Below are positions 20,072 through 29,236 of a stretch of DNA of 64,000 nt, piece by piece. Positions within the stretch are counted from its first letter, which is position 1, and every line of letters starts with the position of its first letter. The DNA is from an uncultured Granulicella sp. (GTDB taxonomy: Bacteria; Acidobacteriota; Terriglobia; Terriglobales; Acidobacteriaceae), in assembly GCA_965225725.1 (NCBI GenBank), contig CBDDBI010000010.1, forward strand, positions 169,229 to 233,228, in the 5' to 3' direction. The position numbers were made by a program, and so were the translations under genes. The notes beneath the pieces are model-generated. The model was not told the origin of the DNA and searched no databases. It saw nothing but the letters and a program-made list of their open reading frames with translations.

Positions 20072-20779
20072 ATGCGCCGCGCCGACCGACTCTTCCGCAT
20101 CGTCCAGCTCCTGCGGCACAACCGCCTGCTCACCGCCGCGCGCCTGGCCGAAAAGCTCGAAGTCTCCACCCGCACCATCTACCGCGACGTCCTCGACCTC
20201 CAACTCTCCGGCATGCCCATCGAAGGCGAAGCCGGCGTCGGCTACACCCTCCGCCGCGACTTCGATCTCCCACCCCTTATGTTCACCGCCGCCGAACTCA
20301 CCGCGCTCGTCCTCGGCGCCCGCCTCGTCCAGGCCTGGGGCGGCGCCGAATCCGTCGTCGCAGCCTCGTCCGCCCTGCAGCGCATCGAAGCCGTCCTCCC
20401 CGCCGACCTCCGCGACAGCCTCACCGCCATCCAGATGTACGCGCCCGGCTTCCTCATGAAGCCCGCCGACCGGATCCTCCTCGATCGCCTCCACGCCGCC
20501 ATCCTCGCCACCCACCGCATCGAGTTCGACTACACCCGCGAAGACGGCGCCACCTCCCACCGCACCGCGCGCCCGCTCGGCCTCTTCTTCTGGTCCGGCG
20601 TCTGGACCCTCACCGCCTGGTGCGAGCTCCGCGAAACCTTCCGCAACTTCCGCATCGACCGCATCGCCGCCCTCACCACCCATCCCACGCCCACGCCCGC
20701 ACTCCCCGGCCAAACTCTCGCCGACTACCGCGCAAAAGTCCGCGCCGAATACGCCGCGTCCGAGACCTCAATGCAATAA
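20072..20779 (+). CDS. YafY-family transcriptional regulator (HTH + WYL domain)
   Basis: MRRADRLFRIVQLLR, LEVSTRTIYRDV, GEAGVGY, LPPLMFT and RNFRIDRI. Confidence 0.92.
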   Translation: MRRADRLFRIVQLLRHNRLLTAARLAEKLEVSTRTIYRDVLDLQLSGMPIEGEAGVGYTLRRDFDLPPLMFTAAELTALVLGARLVQAWGGAESVVAASSALQRIEAVLPADLRDSLTAIQMYAPGFLMKPADRILLDRLHAAILATHRIEFDYTREDGATSHRTARPLGLFFWSGVWTLTAWCELRETFRNFRIDRIAALTTHPTPTPALPGQTLADYRAKVRAEYAASETSMQ

Positions 20780-22703
20780 TGCGGTTCATGACCTCACCGC
20801 AATCCCCCGTCCAAACCGACCGCCGCCGCTTCCTCGCCCTCTGCTCCGCCGCCGGCCTCGGCCAGACGCTCTTCCCCGGCGCGCTCCTCGCCCTCGCCAC
20901 CAAATCCCATCATCAAGACGAAAAACCCGCCGACGACCATCAGCCCCTACCCAAAATCACCGCCGCGATGATCGACTACGCGGCCACCATCGCCGGCATC
21001 CACATCGAAGACGCCCAGAAAGACGCCATGCTCGACGGCCTCAACTCCCAGCGCGACGACGTCCTAACCATCCGCAAGCTCGACCTCCCCAACGCCGTCG
21101 CCCCCGCCTTCCTCTTCGACCCCGTCCCCGGCGGCATGCACCTCGAAACCCAGCGCCAGCCCCTCAAATCAGCCCACCCCCAGAAATCCCGCTCCAAAAC
21201 TACGATTCCCCCGAAGCCAACGCCGAAGAACTCGCCTTCCTCACCCTCCGCGAGCTCGCCGAGCTCATCCGCACCCGCCGCGTCACCTCCACCACGCTCA
21301 CCAAGATGTACCTCGCGCGCCTCAAGCGCTTCGACCCCCAACTCCACTTCGTCATCACCCTCACCGAAGAGCGCGCCCTCGCCCAGGCCGCCGCGGCCGA
21401 CGCCGAAATCGCCGCCGGCCACTACCGCGGACCGCTCCACGGCATCCCCTGGGGCGGCAAGGATCTCCTCGCCGTCAAAGGCTACCCCACCACCTGGGGC
21501 GCCGGCGGCTTCGAACACCAGACCTTCGACTACGACGCCGTCGTCGTCCAGCGCCTCGACGCCGCCGGCGCCGTGTTGATCGCCAAGCTCTCCATGGGCG
21601 CGCTCGCCCAAGGCGACATCTGGTTCGGTGCCCGCACCCGCAATCCCTGGAACCCCAAACAGGGCTCCAGCGGCTCTTCCGCCGGCTCCGCAAGCGCCAC
21701 CGCCGCCGGCTGCGTCGGCTTCTCCATCGGCACGGAAACCCTCGGCAGCATCTCTTCTCCTTCGACCCGCTGCGGCGCCACCGGCCTTCGCCCCTCCTTC
21801 GGGCTCGTCCCCCGCACCGGCGCCATGGCCCTCAGTTGGACCATGGACAAGATCGGCCCCATCTGCCGCGCCGTCGAAGACTGCGCCATCGTCCTCTCCG
21901 CCATCTACGGCGAAGACGGCCAAGACCTCTCCGTCCAGCCCGCCGCCTTCAACTGGGACGCCTCCTTCGACTGGCGCTCACTCCGCGTCGGCTACATCAA
22001 AACCAGCTTCGAACCCCGCGTCATGCCCGACATCCACCCGCCCGCCGACCCCTCCGACAAGGCCGCCGCCGACGAATACCAGCGCCGCATCGCCCGCGTC
22101 ACCCTCGCCATCGCCCGCTCCAACTACGACCTCCGCTACGCCGCCGACGCCCTCAACGTCCTCCGCCACAAGCTCGCCATCGACCTCATCCCCGTCGCCC
22201 TGCCCGACTTCCCCTTCGGTTCCATCGTGCCCGTGCTTGAGGCCGAGGCGGCCGCGGCGTTCGACCAGCTCACCCTCACCGGCCGCGACAAGCTCCTCAC
22301 CGCCCAAACCCCCAACGACTGGCCCAACCAGTTCCGCGTCGCCCGCTTCTACTCCGCCGTCGATTACATCCAGGCCATGCGCGCCCGCACCCTCGCCATC
22401 GCCAAAATGTCCGAGCTCTTCGCCCAGGTCGACGTCATCGTCACCCCGTCGGACGGCACCCAGCTCGTCGCCACCAACCTCACCGGCCAGCCCGCCGTCA
22501 TCGTCCCCAACGGACTACGCGGCGACGACGCCCCCGCTCCACCCCACGCCGGCGACGAAGACTTCTGGGACGCCGGCGGCCCCGGCACTCCCGTCTCCCT
22601 CACCTTCCTGGGCGCCCTCTACTCCGACGCCCGCGTAGCCTCCCTGGCCCGCGCCTACCAGCAAGCCACGGGATTCCACAAACTCCACCCCAAACTCACC
22701 TAA
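20779..22703 (+). pseudogene. Tat-exported amidase-signature enzyme, split by a single-base frameshift near 21166-21168 (mutation or sequencing error)
   Basis: N-terminal frame from 20779 has the TDRRRFLAL Tat motif. The catalytic frame (GGKDLL, GSSGSSAGS, ETLGSISSP) is open from 21168 to 22703. Adding one A to the AAA at 21166 restores a 641-aa ORF. Confidence 0.85.
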
Positions 22704-22732
22704 ACCAAACCCACTCAAACTCACGCATCCAT

Positions 22733-22912
22733 TAAGGGCACGGCTTCAGCCGTGCCCTTACTACTCTACCCAAACACCCGGCTTCAGCCGCTGAGGAACT
22801 CCTTCGCGCCGAACTTCACCGCTCCCAACGTTCCGAAGAAGTTGTGCCGCTTCTCCTCCGCCCCGCAATTCCCTCACGTGCCCCATTCATCGCGCCGTTT
22901 GCGATGAGTGGG
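22733..22912. repeat. Cluster of REP-like hairpins
   Basis: Perfect taagggcacggc-ttca-gccgtgccctta (22733-22760); cggcttcagccg near 22779; gtgccccattcatcgc...gcgatgagtggg (22878-22912). Confidence 0.7.
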
Positions 22913-22973
22913 AGCCGAACCAGCCCGTAGCGACAAGCTCGCACGTTACGATACCTGCAGGAGCGACCCCGCA

Positions 22974-23401
22974 ATGATCGACCGCAACACAATCCTTGCT
23001 CAGCTCGACAGCGCACCCAAAGACGTCTTCGTTGAGAGAATCCGCACGCTCCTGCACCGCGAAGACACCCGCCTCGTCTCCGACCGCGTCCCGAAGGTGA
23101 CCGTCTCCGAAGCGCACCGCCTCTGGACCACTCGCTGCGAAACACCGCCATCACGGGGCAGACACTCGAAGGCGCAGACTCGTTCCTCACGCGCCTCGAC
23201 AAACTCGCGCCGCAGAGGAAACTGGAAGAGTTCGCCTTCACCGGCTCCCACACCTCGGGCAATCTCTTCTTCGAAGCAAGCACCCACCACTTCATCGGAG
23301 CCATCCTCTTCGCCACGCGAGCACAACGCAAAAGCGCGTATTTCCATCGCCGACGAACCTACCCGGCGAACCATGCTAAGGGCACTGTAGACTCGTTTTG
23401 A
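22974..23401 (+). pseudogene. Hypothetical gene, apparently frameshifted near 23080-23125
   Basis: SD caggag precedes MIDRNTILAQLDS. Host-like codon usage shifts to the -1 frame (DHSLRNTAITGQTLEGADSFLTRLDKL...FIGAILFA), which stops at 23401. Confidence 0.4.
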
Positions 23402-23440
23402 CTGACTATATGAAGCCTGCGGCAGGAGAGAGACCAAGTC

Positions 23441-24550
23441 ATGTTTGTCTTAGGTACGGACGGAAAACTGGTTGCGATGAAGCAGAGGGAGTTCGAAAGA
23501 GAAACAGACTTCCAGCTCTTGCTTGAAGAATATCCGGCGTTGCTCTCGGGAGAGCTAATCGATCCGGAAAATACAAGACTTTGGCTGTTAGTCGCCCGTG
23601 AGATGACGATAGCAAGTGAAGAGAACGGACCGGGGTGGTGGTCGGTTGATCATTTGTTTCTAGATCAAGACGGCATCCCGACGATCGTTGAAGTGAAACG
23701 TACCTCGGACACACGGCTCCGCCGAGAGGTCATCGCGCAGATGCTAGATTATGCGGCAAACGGCTTAGCTCGTTGGAAGATGAACGACTTGAGAAGCAAG
23801 TTCGAATCAGAGTGTGAGAAAAAGAATCAGCAGCCCTCAGACATCTATGAGAATGCGTTTGGACCCGATCTAGACTACGAGATGTTCTGGACCTCCGTGA
23901 AGACTAACTTAGAGGCGAAGCGAATCCGTATGCTCCTTGTCGCGGACGTCATCCCTCGCGAGGTGAAGGCCGTGGTCGAGTTTCTCAATGCACAAATGGA
24001 CCCGGCCGAGATCTTGGCCCTTGAGCTTAGACAATTCGCGGGAGACAATGGCCTTCGCACCATCGTTCCCGCGATCTTCGGTCAAACCGAGACGGCGAGA
24101 AGTACCAAGGGCGCTACTGTAGGGCAAAGCTGGACCGAAGAAAGCGTACTCGCGGAACTGGAGACACGGCATGGTACCGTCTCCAGCAATGTCGCGCGCA
24201 CGATTGTCAATTGGATGCGTACCAATAAGGCGATGATTAGCTGTGGAAGAGGTAAGGTCGACGGCTCGATCAGCGCTGCATTTCACTCTGAGAGCCAGAA
24301 GGTGCATCCCCTGACGATCTATACCATGGGGCGGCTATATGTGAACGCAGGATATTGCATGTCAGGCGCCTTCAAGGAACCAGACAAACGACTCGAGTGG
24401 TTGCACAAACTAAATGAAATTGACGGGATAGCTTTGGCCCTTCGGGACGATAAGTTCCCCTCGATTTCGCTGGAGAGACTGTCGCCCGGAAACCGGTTGC
24501 AACAATTCCTTGAGGTTATGGACTGGTTCGTGGGCCAGTTGAACCAGTGA
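23441..24550 (+). CDS. PD-(D/E)XK nuclease-domain protein (NucS/EndoMS- or RecB-like N-terminus) with unknown C-terminal domain
   Basis: ETDFQLLLEEYPALL, VDHLFLDQDGIPTIVEVKR (D..ExK) and AQMLDY (QxxxY); visibly lower GC than neighbours; SD aggaga. Confidence 0.7.
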   Translation: MFVLGTDGKLVAMKQREFERETDFQLLLEEYPALLSGELIDPENTRLWLLVAREMTIASEENGPGWWSVDHLFLDQDGIPTIVEVKRTSDTRLRREVIAQMLDYAANGLARWKMNDLRSKFESECEKKNQQPSDIYENAFGPDLDYEMFWTSVKTNLEAKRIRMLLVADVIPREVKAVVEFLNAQMDPAEILALELRQFAGDNGLRTIVPAIFGQTETARSTKGATVGQSWTEESVLAELETRHGTVSSNVARTIVNWMRTNKAMISCGRGKVDGSISAAFHSESQKVHPLTIYTMGRLYVNAGYCMSGAFKEPDKRLEWLHKLNEIDGIALALRDDKFPSISLERLSPGNRLQQFLEVMDWFVGQLNQ

Positions 24551-24618
24551 GGCATGCTCTTCCTCAGCAGTTGGCTCTAATAGGACGGCGAATGTAAGTT
24601 ACAGACCCAAAGATGTTC

Positions 24619-25137
24619 CTACTCGATAGCCGCGAACGCCTCACTCAAATCCAGCCGAATCGCCGTCCCCGCCACCCTCAGATCCAGCGGATCGGCGTCC
24701 CGCAGACCCTCCGCGCCAAACGTAAACGCCGCTCGATAGACCGGATCGATCAGCCAGATGTTCTCGACGCCCATCACCAGATAATCCGTCAGCACCAACT
24801 TCGCGCGCGACATCCGGTCCTCCGGCGACAGAATCTCGATGCAGATCAGCGGCGGTGTCGCCGTCACGCGCTCCCGCGGAGCATCCGCCCGCAGCACCGC
24901 TACATCCGCGATCCGCACCTTGCGCTCCGCAACCCGGATGCGCTGTTCCGTGACGGGATGGATGTTCCATTCCTTGCGCCGCGCCCAGAAGCAGCTGCCG
25001 ATCGCAATCTGCAGCGTCGCGTGCTCGAACTCGCCCAAGTTCCGCTCCACAATCTCGCCGTCCACAAAATCGGCGTCGGGCCGGTAGGCGGTGCGCAGGT
25101 ACTCTTCCATCGAAACCAAAGACGTCGAAGTCGCCAT
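24619..25137 (-). CDS. Uma2 (DUF820) family endonuclease-like protein
   Basis: SMEEYL, DFVDGEIVE, RIADVAV, PPLICIEILSPED and GVENIWLIDP. Confidence 0.88.
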   Translation of the reverse strand: MATSTSLVSMEEYLRTAYRPDADFVDGEIVERNLGEFEHATLQIAIGSCFWARRKEWNIHPVTEQRIRVAERKVRIADVAVLRADAPRERVTATPPLICIEILSPEDRMSRAKLVLTDYLVMGVENIWLIDPVYRAAFTFGAEGLRDADPLDLRVAGTAIRLDLSEAFAAIE

Positions 25138-25198
25138 CGCCCCTCCTGCCTCCAGCATGAACCTCCCCCCACCCCCGCCGCAATGAAATAATGACCCC

Positions 25199-26008
25199 AT
25201 GCCGGATCAGGCCGACGCGTCGCACTCGCAATCCGGTTCGCCAGCCCCCACGCCCCCCCTTATCGAAGCCCGCAACCTCACCAAGCGCTACGGCGCCGCA
25301 ACCGTCGTCGACAACGTCTCGCTCACGCTCCACCGCGGCGAGACGCTCGGGCTCGTCGGCGAATCCGGCTCCGGCAAAAGCACCGTCGCGCGCATGATCC
25401 TGCGGCTCATCGAGCCCACCGCCGGCTCCGTCCACTTCGACTCCACCGACGTGCTCGCCGCCAACCAACGCGACCTCCGCAGACTCCGCTCGCGCATGCA
25501 GATGGTCTTCCAGGACCCCTTCGCCGCGCTCAACCCGCGCATGCGCGTCCGCGACATCGTCGCCGAACCCTTCCACATCCAGGGCGGCTTCTCCCGCAGC
25601 CACATCCTCGCCCGCACCGCCGAACTCCTCGCCGAGGTCGGCCTTGAACCCGACGCACTCCCCCGCTACCCGCACGAGTTCTCGGGCGGCCAGCGGCAGC
25701 GCATCAACATCGCCCGCGCCCTCGCCCTCAAACCCGACTTCCTGGCCTTAGACGAACCCGTCAGCGCCCTCGACGTCTCGGTCGGCGCCACCGTCATCAA
25801 CCTGCTGCGCGATCTCCAGCGCAAGCACGGCCTCACCTACCTCTTCATCTCGCATTCCATGCCGCTCATCCGCTACCTCTCGGACAACGTTGCCGTCATG
25901 GAGCGCGGGCGCCTGGTCGAAACCGGCCCGGTCCTCCAGGTCTGCGACCATCCCCGCGAACCCTACACCCAGCGCCTCATCGCCGCCACGCCCGAACTCC
26001 CAATCTGA
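25199..26008 (+). CDS. Peptide/nickel ABC transporter ATP-binding subunit (OppF/DppF-like), orphan
   Basis: GESGSGKS Walker A, YPHEFSGGQRQRI signature, DEPVSALD and HPREPYT. Confidence 0.92.
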   Translation: MPDQADASHSQSGSPAPTPPLIEARNLTKRYGAATVVDNVSLTLHRGETLGLVGESGSGKSTVARMILRLIEPTAGSVHFDSTDVLAANQRDLRRLRSRMQMVFQDPFAALNPRMRVRDIVAEPFHIQGGFSRSHILARTAELLAEVGLEPDALPRYPHEFSGGQRQRINIARALALKPDFLALDEPVSALDVSVGATVINLLRDLQRKHGLTYLFISHSMPLIRYLSDNVAVMERGRLVETGPVLQVCDHPREPYTQRLIAATPELPI

Positions 26009-26014
26009 AAACAA

Positions 26015-26168
26015 GTCCTGCCGGACGGGCCCGCTCACCACGCGGGGCGGGTACTGCGTACGCCGGGAGCTTCGCGTGCGCACGCGCCACAGTATCTCGT
26101 GCCGACCAACGGGAGGATCACGCGAAGCGATTACGGCACGAAGTGCTCGCCGCCCGCGACTAGGGCGC
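26015..26168. mobile_element. Modular palindromic element (family 1), right end truncated
   Basis: gtcctgccggacgggcccgctc...gtactgcgtacgccgggagcttcgcg...cgcccgcgactagggcg. Confidence 0.75.
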
Positions 26169-26190
26169 ACTTGCACCTCGGTACAATGGA

Positions 26191-26988
26191 GTGACTGTGA
26201 TTCACGCCCTCTCCCTCCATTGGCGCTTCCTCTGGCTCGTCTTCGCCTCGCTCATCGCCGGCATTATGAACGCCATGGCTGGAGGAGGTTCTTTCATTTC
26301 TTTTCCCGCGATGCTCGGAATGGGAATTCCGCCGGTCGAAGCAAACGCCACAAACACAGTCGCGCTTTGGCCCGGACAACTGACTTCGCTCGCGTCCCTC
26401 CGCAAAGACGTCCGAACCGACTTGCTCACGCTCGTCCTCGGAACGTCCGTCATTGGCGGAATCACCGGCGCGGAAACGCTTCTGCACACGCGTCAGCTCA
26501 CCTTTCTCCACCTGATTCCCTGGCTTTTGCTCATGGGAGCCTCGATCTTCGGCATCTCTGGACCAGTCTCCAAATGGCTGCGAAACCGCTCGGTCAAAGA
26601 CGCCTCTCAGCCACAAGTTGAACCGCCAATCAACCAGTTCGCGCTCTTCTTCGGCCTCTTTCCCATCTGCTTCTACATCGGATATTTTGGCGCGGGAGGA
26701 GGATTCCTCATCATGACCGTTCTAGCGCTCTTCGGCATGGAACAGATGCATCAGCTCAACGCCATGAAGGTCGTCGCAGCCTGCGCCTCGAACCTCTTTG
26801 CCATCTTCACCTTCATCGCCAGCGGCCGCATCGTCTGGCACGATTGCCTGGTCTCGATGGTCTTCGCCGCAACCGGAGGATTGATCGGAGCGCATTACGC
26901 CAAGCGGATGAATCCCGCAATCCTGCGCGCGGTCGTCGTCATCACCGGACTCACAATCGCCGCATACTTCTTCTACCGTCAGCGCTGA
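26191..26988 (+). CDS. Sulfite exporter TauE/SafE family membrane protein
   Basis: AGIMNAMAGGGSFISFP, ANATNTVALWPG and FYIGYFGAGGG. Confidence 0.88.
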   Translation: MTVIHALSLHWRFLWLVFASLIAGIMNAMAGGGSFISFPAMLGMGIPPVEANATNTVALWPGQLTSLASLRKDVRTDLLTLVLGTSVIGGITGAETLLHTRQLTFLHLIPWLLLMGASIFGISGPVSKWLRNRSVKDASQPQVEPPINQFALFFGLFPICFYIGYFGAGGGFLIMTVLALFGMEQMHQLNAMKVVAACASNLFAIFTFIASGRIVWHDCLVSMVFAATGGLIGAHYAKRMNPAILRAVVVITGLTIAAYFFYRQR

Positions 26989-26989
26989 C

Positions 26990-27037
26990 ACGCGAAGCGT
27001 TCACGCCACGAAGTGGTCGCTGCCCGCGATCAGGGCG
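26990..27037. repeat. Single arm of family 1 element
   Basis: acgcgaagc...cacgaagtggtcgctgcccgcgatcagggcg matches the arms at 14866 and 26168. Confidence 0.65.
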
Positions 27038-27065
27038 TAGTTGCCGTTGCCATTATCCTAGAGAC

Positions 27066-27506
27066 ATGAGTCACGAAGGAATCCGCATCATCAGCGAGCA
27101 GCAGGCGCGCCGCGAACTCGCCGCCGAGCGCCCGCTGCCCGCAGCCGCAGTTACGCCGGACAAAGTGCGCGTTAAGAAGTCCGAAGGTACAGGCGTGGAG
27201 ATCGACTGGAAAGACGGCCATAAGAGCAGTTGGAACTTCGCCTGGCTGCGCAACGCCTGTCCTTGCGCCACCTGCAATGAAGAACGCCAGAAATCCGGAC
27301 GCGAGCCTGGAACGCCGAAGCCGCGTCCGAGCGGTCCGCTGGTCATGTACGAAGCTCCGCCGCGCCCGCTCGAAGTCAGTCCCGTAGGCAAATACGCGGT
27401 GCGCTTCAAGTGGAACGACGGCCACGAATCCGGAATCTACTCCTGGGACTACTTGCGGCGCGTCTGCCACTGCGACGCGTGTCTCTCCGAACGAGAAGCC
27501 GAATAG
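27066..27506 (+). CDS. DUF971 (GBBH-like N-terminal) domain protein
   Basis: IDWKDGHKS, WLRNACPCATC, VGKYAVRFKWNDGHESGIYSWDYL, plus a second CHCDAC. Confidence 0.88.
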   Translation: MSHEGIRIISEQQARRELAAERPLPAAAVTPDKVRVKKSEGTGVEIDWKDGHKSSWNFAWLRNACPCATCNEERQKSGREPGTPKPRPSGPLVMYEAPPRPLEVSPVGKYAVRFKWNDGHESGIYSWDYLRRVCHCDACLSEREAE

Positions 27507-27509
27507 TCC

Positions 27510-28175
27510 CTAAATCTCCGAGTCCATCTTGGCTTCCTGGTAGTTGCTGATGTGCTCGTAGATCTCATCCGGGAACTTCAGGTTGCGGTAGAGGTTGCCG
27601 CAGTCCGGATCGTCCGGGAACGGAATGATGGGAAACTCCTGCTGCGCCTGGTACGAGAGGATCTTATCGCGTCGCGGCGGGTTGTAGTCCTTGCCTTCAA
27701 CTTGCCGCAGCATCAGGCGCGCCTTCTCTTCGTCAACGTCCTTGTCCTTCATCATCCAGGCGAGAACCTCATCGTGCGAGAGGAAGTGGCGCGCAACCAT
27801 GGCGAAGACCAGCCGACCGTAGTGTCCAATGTCTTTGCCGGCGTCGAGCGAATCCAACAGATGCGCCATCATGGAGTCTTTGCGGAGTTCGGCTTCCCCG
27901 CCCTGCGCATCGCCCGAACCTTTTGTAGCTTCAACGTCACCGGTATTGCGTTCTGTGCTCGGGCTTGGCGGAGTCTTCAACGAGTCGCCGCTGGGTGCGG
28001 GTTTGTGGGCTGCTGCGTTCTTCAGCTTGGCAAGTTCCGCCTCCGCGTGTTCGGCGCGTTCGGTCGCTTGCCGAAGCGCTTCGGACTGCTCGTCGGTGAT
28101 CTGCGGTTGATCGAGAACTACTTCGCGCTCTGCCATCTTCGGGCCCTCATTCTTGCGAATGGCTTTATTCGCCAT
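27510..28175 (-). CDS. Hypothetical protein; C-terminal half resembles the PriL C-terminal/PriX helical domain
   Basis: Clean ORF (start may be 28136). Segment MAHLLDSLDAGKDIGHYGRLVFAM...DVDEEKARLMLRQVEGKDYNPPRRDKI recalls the PriL CTD pattern; this is an alignment from memory only. Confidence 0.55.
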   Translation of the reverse strand: MANKAIRKNEGPKMAEREVVLDQPQITDEQSEALRQATERAEHAEAELAKLKNAAAHKPAPSGDSLKTPPSPSTERNTGDVEATKGSGDAQGGEAELRKDSMMAHLLDSLDAGKDIGHYGRLVFAMVARHFLSHDEVLAWMMKDKDVDEEKARLMLRQVEGKDYNPPRRDKILSYQAQQEFPIIPFPDDPDCGNLYRNLKFPDEIYEHISNYQEAKMDSEI

Positions 28176-28245
28176 CTCTTCGCTTTCTATGAGACGCGGC
28201 GCAGTCCTTTCTTGTTGCCTGCAACGTCTCTCTCTGCGGTGAAGG

Positions 28246-28830
28246 CTAAGCCTCGAGCAGCGTGAACAGTTCTTCGACGGAATGAGCGACGAGCAGAATG
28301 AGGCGGTTCTTCGGCTTCAGCACGCCATTTTCGACGCACTCGTCAAGGAACTTGAGCAAGGTGTCGTAGAAGCCGGCCGTGTTGAGCAGGATGATCGGCT
28401 TCTGGTGCAGTTTGAGGGTTTGCCAGGCGAGCACTTCGAACATCTCCTCGAAGGTGCCGAAGCCGCCGGGCAGGATAATGAAGGCGTCGGAGCGCTCGCC
28501 CATCAGCGCCTTGCGCGTGTGCATGGTGGAGGTGACGTGGAGCTCGGAGATGCCGTGATGCGCGACTTCGAGGTCGACGAGCACCTCTGGAATTACGCCG
28601 ACAACGTGACCGCCGGCTTCGAGTGCGGCTTCGGCCACGGCCCGCATCAGGCCCACGCGCGCGCCGCCGTAGATGAGCCCGATCCGTCGCGCCGCGAGCT
28701 CCCGGCCCAGGGACTCTGCGGCGCTGCGATAGAGGGGGTTAGTACCGTCCGCCGAGGCGCAGAAGACGGCTACATTGCGAATCCCGGCTGGCTGTTGGCC
28801 GGAGGCTTCTTCAGAGGAAACAAGCGTCAT
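28246..28830 (-). CDS. LOG family nucleotide phosphoribohydrolase (TIGR00730)
   Basis: VAVFCAS, LIYGGARVGLM, MHTRK and LPGGFGTFEE (PGGxGTxEE). Confidence 0.93.
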   Translation of the reverse strand: MTLVSSEEASGQQPAGIRNVAVFCASADGTNPLYRSAAESLGRELAARRIGLIYGGARVGLMRAVAEAALEAGGHVVGVIPEVLVDLEVAHHGISELHVTSTMHTRKALMGERSDAFIILPGGFGTFEEMFEVLAWQTLKLHQKPIILLNTAGFYDTLLKFLDECVENGVLKPKNRLILLVAHSVEELFTLLEA

Positions 28831-28915
28831 ACTTCGATTATCGCTTAGGTATGTCGCTCGACGATAACGAAGCACCTGGCGTCTAGAAACACTTGTAGCT
28901 CAAAGTAGGTTGGAG

Positions 28916-29236
28916 TTACTGAAGGTCGATGACCTGATTCTCAGTTTGCGAGCTAAGTTCGACAAGCACCTCGCCACGATGATGCGCGCCCGTGGAACTA
29001 TCGGCATAGATAATGGTACCGGCTGGAGCCTTGATCTTAAGGCCCTGGTGAGGCCCGATGGTGTAGCTGTGACCAGCTATCTTGATATCCTGGAAGATGG
29101 GCGCATCGTTGTGCAATGCGAGGCTGATGCGGTAGTCGGGCTGAACCGAATGCGGATGCAGATGCACCAGCTTCGGGAGCGGCGAGACAGCGGTGGAGGC
29201 GGACAACGCGAGTACGGCGAGGGACGTGTAGATCAT
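28916..29236 (-). CDS. Secreted hypothetical protein
   Basis: Signal-like MIYTSLAVLALSAS; SD aaggga upstream; beta-rich mature part. Confidence 0.7.
   Translation of the reverse strand: MIYTSLAVLALSASTAVSPLPKLVHLHPHSVQPDYRISLALHNDAPIFQDIKIAGHSYTIGPHQGLKIKAPAGTIIYADSSTGAHHRGEVLVELSSQTENQVIDLQ

Noticed and set aside
21150-21210. Programmed -1 frameshift in the amidase
   Set aside because: No slippery heptamer or obvious stimulatory structure; a simple indel explains it.
24619-25137. Uma2 gene as a defence nuclease partner of the 23441 gene
   Set aside because: Host-like codon usage and convergent orientation; Uma2 paralogs are commonly scattered, so adjacency is not evidence of a system.
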